A stretch of DNA of 56,672 nucleotides from Patescibacteria group bacterium (GTDB lineage: Bacteria > Patescibacteriota > Minisyncoccia > Minisyncoccales > CG1-02-41-26), in contig JAMCXQ010000005.1 in assembly GCA_023474835.1 (NCBI GenBank), forward strand, positions 1-56,672, given 5' to 3'. The notes under the pieces were generated by a model, which did not search any database, was not told the DNA's origin, and was given only the letters and a program-made list of their open reading frames with translations. This document shows positions 1-7,597 of this stretch, piece by piece. The translations under genes were made by a program, and so were the position numbers. Each line of letters begins with the position of its first letter. The first letter of the stretch is position 1.

Positions 1-1
1 G

Positions 2-1294
2 CCTTCTCGCCCAAAGAACATTTGTCGGGATACCAACAGCGACGGCTGTTTGGAATGGGGAACAAACAGCAACTGCCAAGCGGGTTTTTATTGCAGTGAA
101 AACCAGAAGGCCTGTTTACAACTGACAGATCATCCGACAACTATTTCTTTGACAGCAAGTAAAACATCCGCTAAGACAAATGAAAACATTACTTTTATTG
201 TGCAAGCCAGCGACCAGGACGGCGTTGAAAAAATTTGCTTTTTTGACAGCAATTTTTCGGCAACGCCCGAATGTGTTGACTGCACTGGAAGCTTTTGTCA
301 GAAAAGCTTTACCAAAACAAAACAGATTTCGGGCCTTTACGTTTTTTCAGCCAACGCAACAGCAAGAACGGCCCAGACTGGAACGAATTTAGTGGCGGCC
401 AATCCTGTTATCGTTTCATTTATCGCTGTGGAGGAGCCTTGCTCCAATGAGTGTTCGTCTGTTGGCCAAAGCGAATGTTTTGGCAACAGCGTGAGAACCT
501 GCCAGGCAACAAACAATGGTTGTTTGGCTTGGTTCAATACAACAGGCTGCGGAGGGGACACATACACAGATGAATACAGATGTTCAAATAATAATAATGT
601 TGCGCAAAGAAAAATCATCAGAAAAGGATGCTCTGCCAATGCCTGCTACGAAAGAGCGGAATGGGTTGATTACGATAACTGCCAGGCAAAAGGTGAAGTT
701 TGCAACCCGTCCATTAACAGATGCAATTCGCAATTTTTAGATGTTTCCTGTTTTACCGCCCCATCAATCGCCAAGAAAGGGGAGTTGGCTTGGGCTGTTG
801 CCAGGGTGGCCGGAGGAGTTGGGCCGTACCAGTATTCGTGGGGCGACGATTTTTCCGGAACAGAACAAACGGTTTCAAAAACATTTTTCAATCAGGGGAA
901 TTATACTGCTTATTTAACGGTGCAAGCCAGCGGTCAAAGCAAGTCGGCTTCCTGCCCGCTTCAGGTTTCCAATGAAACCGTAAGCTACGGCAATCACTTG
1001 GGAAACGGCAATATCTGGGTTTCCGGCGCTACGGTTTACACTGGTGAAACATTCACCGTGAGCGTTTTCGGAGCTGACGAAGACGGCGTTGACGAAATCT
1101 GGGCCTATTACCAGAACAGCTGGCATAGCCAGTCAGTAAGCGGAAATTCGGGCACAAGGAACTGGCAGATAAAAGAATACACTCCTAACAGATATTTGTA
1201 TTGCGGTAAAATAGTGGGAAAAACTATGACGGGCCAGCGGGATGTTTCTTACGCAAACCCAAGGTGCGTTGAGGTTTGGGTTCGCAGCAGATAA
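2..1294 (+). CDS. secreted Cys-rich repeat protein with PKD-like domain (5' end cut by window edge)
   Basis: The frame stays open back to nt 2 (..DGCLEWGTNSNCQAGFYC..), so the M at 50 is probably not the true start. Repeated Cys modules are present, plus a PKD-like stretch GVGPYQYSWGDDFSGTEQTVSKTF..GNYTAYLTV. Confidence 0.55.
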   Translation, partial: PSRPKNICRDTNSDGCLEWGTNSNCQAGFYCSENQKACLQLTDHPTTISLTASKTSAKTNENITFIVQASDQDGVEKICFFDSNFSATPECVDCTGSFCQKSFTKTKQISGLYVFSANATARTAQTGTNLVAANPVIVSFIAVEEPCSNECSSVGQSECFGNSVRTCQATNNGCLAWFNTTGCGGDTYTDEYRCSNNNNVAQRKIIRKGCSANACYERAEWVDYDNCQAKGEVCNPSINRCNSQFLDVSCFTAPSIAKKGELAWAVARVAGGVGPYQYSWGDDFSGTEQTVSKTFFNQGNYTAYLTVQASGQSKSASCPLQVSNETVSYGNHLGNGNIWVSGATVYTGETFTVSVFGADEDGVDEIWAYYQNSWHSQSVSGNSGTRNWQIKEYTPNRYLYCGKIVGKTMTGQRDVSYANPRCVEVWVRSR

Positions 1295-1310
1295 TTTCTA
1301 ACCTATAAAT

Positions 1311-2351
1311 TTGCCTTACTTTTTAAAAAAGATAGAGAGTTTTGGCCTATATCTGAAGATTTTATTCATACCCTGCGGCGGCAATAATTACAGGCCTAAA
1401 ATTTTGGAAGGCAAATATTTGATTTGCATTTTGCTGCTTGCCTGCGTGCTGCGTTTGAGCACTTTTTTGTTTTTTTGGCAGCTGCCAAACACCGATTTTT
1501 TCGCCGACATTTCCAAAATGATATTGATTGATAGCTTAAACCAGGAAAGAACCAGCTTTAAACTGGGGTCTTTGAAGGAAAGTACTTTATTGGATCAGGC
1601 TGCCTTTTTAAAGGCGAATGATATGATGCAAAAAGGCTATTTTAGCCATACAAGCCCTTCCGGCGTAACTCCTTGGTACTGGTTTAAAAAAGTGGGGTAT
1701 AATTACAAGTCCGCGGGCGAAAATTTGGGCATTGGTTTTGTGGATTCCCAAGAGCTGCACCGGGCCTGGGACAATTCGCCTTCGCACAGAGCGAATTTGC
1801 TGAACGGGAATTACAAAGAAATTGGTATTGCGGTTGTCGAGGGCAATTTTAACGGCTTGCCAACCACCATAGTTGTTCAGCATTTTGGAACGCCAAAAAC
1901 TAAAACATCGCAGATGCCGTCAAATACGGCTGTCTCAAACCCCCGTGCCGCGTCAAGCACTGCCTCCAACCAGGCAACAGCCAATTTAATTCATAATTTC
2001 CCTTCAACGGGGAGCGCGGTGGTGGCGGGCGCTTCAACAACTTTTACTTTTGTTTCAACCGCAACCATCGCCCAAACAGGCGAAAAACAAAATTCAGGAA
2101 TAAAGGGGTTTTGGGCCGGCTTTTTGAAATTCTTTGTTAAAGATTATAATGATTTAACCCAGATGATTGTTTTGATTTTTCTTGCCATAAACATAATCGC
2201 TTTGATTTTGAACATTGTTATTAAAATTTTTATTCAACATTACGACTTGGTTTTAAAGTCAATTCTGGTTGCTTTCTCCTTGATTTTGCTGGTTAGCATA
2301 GGCCCAGAAGAAATTATGGCTTTAGTCCAGCCCCAAGCCAGGATTTTTTAA
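1311..2351 (+). CDS. CAP/SCP (PR-1, YkwD-like) domain membrane protein
   Basis: GYFSHTSPSGVTPWYWF..AGENLG..AWDNSPSHRANLL..YKEIGIAVV matches the CAP/SCP signature. Hydrophobic segments lie at both ends. The TTG start is uncertain. Confidence 0.65.
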   Translation: MPYFLKKIESFGLYLKILFIPCGGNNYRPKILEGKYLICILLLACVLRLSTFLFFWQLPNTDFFADISKMILIDSLNQERTSFKLGSLKESTLLDQAAFLKANDMMQKGYFSHTSPSGVTPWYWFKKVGYNYKSAGENLGIGFVDSQELHRAWDNSPSHRANLLNGNYKEIGIAVVEGNFNGLPTTIVVQHFGTPKTKTSQMPSNTAVSNPRAASSTASNQATANLIHNFPSTGSAVVAGASTTFTFVSTATIAQTGEKQNSGIKGFWAGFLKFFVKDYNDLTQMIVLIFLAINIIALILNIVIKIFIQHYDLVLKSILVAFSLILLVSIGPEEIMALVQPQARIF

Positions 2352-2355
2352 GTTT

Positions 2356-3093
2356 ATGCATAAAAAGCTTGCAAAGTATTTTTTATTGTTGGCAGCTGTT
2401 CTTTTAGCGGTTTTTAATTGGGGTTATATTTCATGGCTTTTCAATTACCAGTTTTTGGGCGATAACCTGTCTTATTTGGCGGGCAAACTGGTGCGCCGTT
2501 TTGATTTATCGGTGAGTTGGGACCAATTAATGGCGCAGGCGAGTTCAAGCGGCCTGTCAATTATTCAGGCCAGCCCTCAAGCCGGCATCCAAACTGTCTC
2601 AGGAACAGCCCCGCAACCGCAGCAGCCGGCGCAGCTCGCCAGAGACTTTGCCAAACAAAATTATCAGGCAGGAAACGATTTCATTTCCATTCCGAAAATC
2701 GGAGCCAGGTCGCCGATTCTGATTACCTCGCAAAACAGCAACTCGGTTTTCCTGAATCTTTTGAAAAAAGGCGTTTTGCTCTATCCCTTGTCGGTTTTGC
2801 CGGGCAAAAGGGGAGTAACGGTTATTTTGGGGCATTCCGCGCCGCCTAAATGGCCCGGGCAGGTTGACAGAATTTTCAACCGGCTCAAGGATTTGGAAGC
2901 TGGCGATTCTGTTTTGGTTCATTTTAACGGTAAAGATTATAATTACGAGGTCAAAAGGACGTATTTCGTGGACAGGGGCGGCGAGCTTTCCGCGTTGACA
3001 TTTGATAAAAACGTGCTATTATTGGTGAGTTGTTGGCCTCCGGGCAAAAATATAAAAAGAATCGTAGTGGAGGCGGAAATAAATAACAATTAA
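2356..3093 (+). CDS. sortase family transpeptidase
   Basis: N-terminal membrane anchor, then His (VILGHSAPP), Cys (LLLVSCWPPG, TLxTC-like) and Arg (KRIVVEAE) in sortase order. Confidence 0.7.
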   Translation: MHKKLAKYFLLLAAVLLAVFNWGYISWLFNYQFLGDNLSYLAGKLVRRFDLSVSWDQLMAQASSSGLSIIQASPQAGIQTVSGTAPQPQQPAQLARDFAKQNYQAGNDFISIPKIGARSPILITSQNSNSVFLNLLKKGVLLYPLSVLPGKRGVTVILGHSAPPKWPGQVDRIFNRLKDLEAGDSVLVHFNGKDYNYEVKRTYFVDRGGELSALTFDKNVLLLVSCWPPGKNIKRIVVEAEINNN

Positions 3094-3116
3094 CATTTAA
3101 CGCTTAACAATTGGCT

Positions 3117-4448
3117 ATGAACAAAATTATTTCTTCAAAAAAAGTTTTAGCTTCAGCTGTTTTAGTTTTATCAGTGTTGGGTTTGGTATTTTTTTCATTG
3201 CCCGTTAAAGCCGACTTAGTTTCTATTTATACCCATCCGCCAGCTGACATTACCGCTAATTCCGCGATTGTCAGCGGAGAATTAAGCAATCTGGCCGGGA
3301 GAAACTCTGCCAGTATTTGGTTTGAATACGGCTTGACGGAGAGTTACGTCTCAAGAACAAATAATCAGGTAATGAATAACACAGGCACTTTCCAGGCCAC
3401 TTTGTCGGGGCTAAATTCCTGCACTCTTTATCATTACAGGGCAGCCGGAGACAATGGCGACGGCGTTGTCTATGGCATTGACAGAACTTTTTCCACTCTT
3501 TGTTCAACCAATGAAATAAGAGTTACTTTGGAGGCGGTTCCTTATTCAGGGCCTGCTCCCCTGGATAATGTTGACTTAAAAGCAGATGTTTACGGCAGAC
3601 AGGCAGGGGATGTCCATTATTGGTTTGACTGCAAAAACGACGGTTCCTGGGACAAAGAATTGACAATATATCAAGGCCCTTCGTCTTCTTATACTTCTGA
3701 CAATTTGTGCAATTATTCTTCTGTCGGGACATACACTGCGAGAGTAAGAGTTGAACGTTTCGGTTTAACAGCCGAAAATACAGCCTCTGTTACTGTCACG
3801 GGAACCCAGTCGCCCGTCCAGACCGGCGGCCAATATACTTTAAATGTTCAAAAAACGGTTCAAAATATAACAAGCGGCAGTTCGTTTGTCGATTCTGTCA
3901 ACGCTAATTTCGGCGACGAATTAAACTATAAAATTGTTATTACTTCTTCCGGCCAGGTTTCGGCCCCCGCCGTTTATGTAAAAGACGCAATGCCCGCTGG
4001 CATAAGCTATTCGGGCGGGTTGATAATTGACGGGGTGACCGACGGCCGAAGCATAATCGACGGAATTCTTCTTGACGATATCCCCGCAGGCACTGTAAAA
4101 ACCATTACCTACAGGGCAAAAGTTAAAACGCAAGAGTTTTTCAACCTGGGCGCAAATAATCTGGTGAACTCGGCCCTGGTTTATAACACGGGGCTTTCAA
4201 TAAGCGATACGGCCACCGTTATCGTGGTGAAGGGGGTCGTAGCGGGAGCGGCAACCAATGTGAGCACCGGTTTGGTTGACAGCCTATTCGGTTCTTTACT
4301 TTTGCCTTTGCTTTTGGCCGGGCTTGCGGTTTGGATATTCAAGTCGCAGATTATCGGTTTTGACCGGTGGGTTGATAAAAGAAAAATGGTTGTGGACGAT
4401 TTTCGGGCCAACCAAAAACTGGCCAGTTTAATCAGGCGCAGAAAGTAG
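3117..4448 (+). CDS. cell-surface protein with DUF11-like repeat and C-terminal membrane anchor
   Basis: Signal/anchor peptide, DUF11-like segment GDELNYKIVITSSG..VYVKDAMPAGISY, and a C-terminal hydrophobic helix followed by a basic tail. ATG at 3117 (the track uses TTG at 3111). Confidence 0.6.
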   Translation: MNKIISSKKVLASAVLVLSVLGLVFFSLPVKADLVSIYTHPPADITANSAIVSGELSNLAGRNSASIWFEYGLTESYVSRTNNQVMNNTGTFQATLSGLNSCTLYHYRAAGDNGDGVVYGIDRTFSTLCSTNEIRVTLEAVPYSGPAPLDNVDLKADVYGRQAGDVHYWFDCKNDGSWDKELTIYQGPSSSYTSDNLCNYSSVGTYTARVRVERFGLTAENTASVTVTGTQSPVQTGGQYTLNVQKTVQNITSGSSFVDSVNANFGDELNYKIVITSSGQVSAPAVYVKDAMPAGISYSGGLIIDGVTDGRSIIDGILLDDIPAGTVKTITYRAKVKTQEFFNLGANNLVNSALVYNTGLSISDTATVIVVKGVVAGAATNVSTGLVDSLFGSLLLPLLLAGLAVWIFKSQIIGFDRWVDKRKMVVDDFRANQKLASLIRRRK

Positions 4449-4455
4449 TTTGTCT

Positions 4456-4492
4456 AAAAAAAACAGCTGTGCATATGCACAGCTGTTTTTCT
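4456..4492 (+). terminator. rho-independent terminator (palindrome ACAGCTGTGCATATGCACAGCTGT plus T-run)
   Basis: Perfect palindrome flanked by an A-run and a T-run, directly after the stop at 4448. Confidence 0.7.
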
Positions 4493-4525
4493 TTAAACAA
4501 ACAGTTATAATTAGAAAATAAAAGT

Positions 4526-5629
4526 ATGAGAAAAAAAATTTTCATATCTGCTGTATTCTTTCTGGCGTTATCTGCGCTTATTGCCAGCCAGCCGGTTTCA
4601 GCGATAACAATTGACGAGTTAAAAGCGCAAATTGCGGCTTTACAAGCGCAAATTGCGCAATTAACCCAGCAGCTTAGCCAAATACAAGGCGACACAACTG
4701 CTTGGTGTTATACTTTTAATGTTAATTTGGGCATTGGCTCTGGCGGAGGCGAAGTTAATGCTTTACATTCAATATTAAGCAAAGAAGTTATAGCCGGAGA
4801 TTTTGGCTGGGCTGGTGATAATTTTGACGAAGACACAGCTTCTTATGTTGTTGCTTTGCAAGAAAAATATGCCAGCGAAATTTTGAAGCCCTATGGCTTG
4901 GCGCACGGCACCGGCTATGTGGGCAAATCCACCCGAGCCAAATTAAACAAATTGTATGGCTGTGGTAACAATAAGGTTTGTGCAATGGATGCCAAACAAT
5001 GTTCGGACGGCTCTTATGTTAGCCGAACAGGCCCCAACTGCGAATTTGCCCAGTGCCCAATTACTGCTTGTGTTAAAGAAGGAGAAACCTATTCTTCTTC
5101 CAATAAGTTGGTATGTTGTAATTCTTTTGCGGGTGTTTTGGATGCTTCTGTAAGAGAAGATAGCCAATGTATTTTTAAATCTGGCTCTGCCTATCAGGGA
5201 AGTATCTATGTATGCACGAATTGTGGCAACGGTGTTTGCGGCAATGGCGAAAACCAGTGCAATTGCCCACAGGATTGCAAGAAAAAGTCAATGACTGTCA
5301 TTTACCCCAATGGCGGGGAAACTTTGTATTTTGGAAATACCTACACTATTAAATGGACGTCTTGGGGGGTGGAAAAGGCAGTGGTTTATCTGTGGTTTTC
5401 TGACGGCGGCACATGCTTATTGGGTTCCGTTCCTGCTTCGCAGGGCAGTTACACGTTTAAGCCCGAGGAAAACAAGGGTTGCCCGAATCTCGCCAAGGGG
5501 CTTACCTCCGGCCAGTATAAAGCATATATCGTAACAGAAGACGCCGACTTGGGAGTTGGAGGGGCAGGCGCTCAAGATTCAAGCGACAATTATTTCAGTA
5601 TCACAGCGTCAACAGCAACGACACAATAA
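4526..5629 (+). CDS. secreted protein with coiled-coil, peptidoglycan-binding-like domain and Cys-rich region
   Basis: Signal peptide, ELKAQIAALQAQIAQLTQQL coiled coil, and a PG_binding_1-like stretch (EVNALHSIL..TASYVVALQEKY..GYVGKSTRAKLNKLYG). Confidence 0.6.
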   Translation: MRKKIFISAVFFLALSALIASQPVSAITIDELKAQIAALQAQIAQLTQQLSQIQGDTTAWCYTFNVNLGIGSGGGEVNALHSILSKEVIAGDFGWAGDNFDEDTASYVVALQEKYASEILKPYGLAHGTGYVGKSTRAKLNKLYGCGNNKVCAMDAKQCSDGSYVSRTGPNCEFAQCPITACVKEGETYSSSNKLVCCNSFAGVLDASVREDSQCIFKSGSAYQGSIYVCTNCGNGVCGNGENQCNCPQDCKKKSMTVIYPNGGETLYFGNTYTIKWTSWGVEKAVVYLWFSDGGTCLLGSVPASQGSYTFKPEENKGCPNLAKGLTSGQYKAYIVTEDADLGVGGAGAQDSSDNYFSITASTATTQ

Positions 5630-5688
5630 TGGTGTTTTATTATTCAGATTGTGGATAAATTGTGCAAAACTAAATAGCTAAAAATAGC

Positions 5689-5724
5689 AAAAACCCTGAT
5701 TTTATAAGTAAAATCAGGGTTTTT
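5689..5724. terminator. bidirectional-type hairpin AAAAACCCTGATTTTA/TAAAATCAGGGTTTTT
   Basis: 16-bp perfect stem with a 4-nt loop and A/T runs on both sides, about 60 nt after the stop at 5629. Confidence 0.65.
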
Positions 5725-5779
5725 GGTTTGTGGGGCATAGTATTTGACTAATGGCAGATTTTAGGGCATAATGGCGATG

Positions 5780-5830
5780 TGTGGGAAATTGTGGATAACT
5801 GTGGGATAACTCTGATTTTCTGTGGATAAC
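5780..5830 (+). promoter_or_regulatory. MraZ-box-like direct repeats TGTGG(G/A)(A)TAA upstream of mraZ
   Basis: tgtgggaaat (5780), tgtggataac (5790), tgtgggataac (5800) and tgtggataac (5821). Spacing is 10, 10 and 21 nt, ending 14 nt before the mraZ ATG. A further gtggataaattgtg lies at 5651. Confidence 0.6.
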
Positions 5831-5843
5831 ATTACCGCGTTCT

Positions 5844-6275
5844 ATGTTTTTAGGCGAATACCAATATTCAATAGATGACAAGAAACGTTTGGCTATACCG
5901 GTAAAGTTCCGGCCTTCTTTGGGCAGAAAAGCGGTGATTACGCGAGGGCTGGATAATTGTCTGTTTATGTTTCCGCTTAAAGAGTGGGGGATATTGGCCG
6001 AGAAATTAAGCAAGCTGCCTCTGTCGCAATCAGACGCGCGGGGGTTCAGCCGTATTATGCTGGCAGGCGCTATGGAGGTTGATTTGGACGCAATGGGCAG
6101 AATTTTAGTGCCTGATTATCTGAAACAATACGCGGGCTTGGCAAAAAAAGTTGTGCTGGCCGGTCTTTTCAACCGGGTGGAAATATGGGACGAAGCCAAA
6201 TGGCAGGAATACAAAGAAAAAACCGAAAAAGAAGCGGGAAACATAGCGGAACGGCTGAAAGAATTGGGAGTATAG
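5844..6275 (+). CDS. mraZ: transcriptional regulator MraZ
   Basis: MFLGEYQYSIDDKKRLAIPVKFR plus a second RILVP repeat, with the typical size and position before rsmH. Confidence 0.93.
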   Translation: MFLGEYQYSIDDKKRLAIPVKFRPSLGRKAVITRGLDNCLFMFPLKEWGILAEKLSKLPLSQSDARGFSRIMLAGAMEVDLDAMGRILVPDYLKQYAGLAKKVVLAGLFNRVEIWDEAKWQEYKEKTEKEAGNIAERLKELGV

Positions 6276-6287
6276 ACACGGAAATTA

Positions 6288-6403
6288 CCAATTTCTAATT
6301 ACTAATTTCTAAATAATGTCTAATGACCAAATCCCAATGTCCAAATTAGTCATTTGTTAATTGGGGTTTATTTAGAAATTAGAAATTAGAGCAATTAGAA
6401 ATT
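6288..6403. repeat. long AT-rich imperfect inverted repeat built from TAATTTC/GAAATTA units
   Basis: The left arm CCAATTTCTAATTACTAATTTCTAAATAA (6288-6316) pairs with the right arm TATTTAGAAATTAGAAATTAGAGCAATTAGAAATT (6369-6403). The right arm ends at the rsmH start. Confidence 0.6.
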
Positions 6404-6406
6404 TTG

Positions 6407-7285
6407 ATGAGCCATACTCCGGTTTTACTCAAAGAAGTTATTGAATTATTAAATCCTCAGGCCAACGAGAATTTCATTGACTGCACTTTGGGTTTTGCCG
6501 GGCACGCAAAAGCGATATTAGAAAGAAACAAGCCCAAGGGCAAAGTGCTGGGCATTGAATGGGGTAAAGAAAAATTAAAAATTCAAAGTGAAAAATTAAA
6601 AACCGAACAGAGATTAGTGGTTGTCAATGACTCTTATGTGAATTTACAGGAAATTGTCCGGCGAGAAAGTTTTTATCCGGTCAACGGCATCTTAATGGAT
6701 TTGGGAATGTCTTCCTGGGATTTGGAAAATTCGGGCAGGGGATTTTCCTTTCAAAAGGACGAGCCGCTTGACATGAGGTATGGGGTGCAAGATTTAACGG
6801 CAGAGGAGATTATAAATAAGTGGCCGGAAGAGGAGTTGGCAAGGATTTTTCGAGATTACGGCCAGGAGCGTTTTGCCCAAAATATCGCCAGAAATGCTGT
6901 TGAAGTCCGACTTCAACAGCCAATTGAAACGACTTTTCAGCTTGTTGAAATAATAAAAAAAAGTTTTCCCCGAAGCTACAAGTTTGGCAGGCAGCATTTT
7001 GCAACCAAAGTTTTTCAGGCGTTGCGGATTGCGGTTAATCGCGAGTTTGAAAATCTGGAAGCTGTTTTGCCGCAAGCCCTGGAAGCTTTAAGCCCGGGGG
7101 GTAAAATGGCAGTTATTTCGTTCCATTCGCTGGAAGACAGAATAGTCAAAAATTTTTTCCGCAACAAGTCAAAAGAGCAAAAATTAAAAATTATCACCAA
7201 AAAGCCAATAACTCCTTTATTTGAGGAAATTAAAAACAATCCTCGTTCAAGGTCGGCGAAATTAAGGTTGGCGCAAAAACTTTAG
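6407..7285 (+). CDS. rsmH: 16S rRNA (cytosine1402-N4)-methyltransferase RsmH
   Basis: HTPVLLKEVIELL, DCTLGFAGH, GILMDLGMSS, AVISFHSLEDRIVK and PRSRSAKLR. Confidence 0.93.
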   Translation: MSHTPVLLKEVIELLNPQANENFIDCTLGFAGHAKAILERNKPKGKVLGIEWGKEKLKIQSEKLKTEQRLVVVNDSYVNLQEIVRRESFYPVNGILMDLGMSSWDLENSGRGFSFQKDEPLDMRYGVQDLTAEEIINKWPEEELARIFRDYGQERFAQNIARNAVEVRLQQPIETTFQLVEIIKKSFPRSYKFGRQHFATKVFQALRIAVNREFENLEAVLPQALEALSPGGKMAVISFHSLEDRIVKNFFRNKSKEQKLKIITKKPITPLFEEIKNNPRSRSAKLRLAQKL

Positions 7286-7300
7286 AATTAGAATCAAAAT

Positions 7301-7579
7301 ATGTCATCAAACAGAACAGGAATCATTGCGTTTTTCGTGCTCGGCGTTTTTCTGTTTTTTCTTGTAGGGCTGTATCTGGTGCAGATTGAAAACTTAACCG
7401 AAATCGGTTATCGCTTGGAGGCCTATCAAAGCCAGCCAAGAAACATTTCCGGTAATACGAACCAAAACAAGCTTTCTTTGGAGCAGCTTGAACAGCAGGC
7501 TCAAACAATGGAACTGGCAAAAGTTATTGAAGTGAAATACATTGATTCAGCGGGCGAGCCGATAGCCAAAGCCAAATAA
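7301..7579 (+). CDS. small bitopic membrane protein, FtsL-like by position
   Basis: Single N-terminal TM helix and a coiled-coil-like tail. It sits between rsmH and the PBP gene, as ftsL does. Confidence 0.5.
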   Translation: MSSNRTGIIAFFVLGVFLFFLVGLYLVQIENLTEIGYRLEAYQSQPRNISGNTNQNKLSLEQLEQQAQTMELAKVIEVKYIDSAGEPIAKAK

Positions 7580-7597
7580 TAAGCCCGGTTTTCTCTT

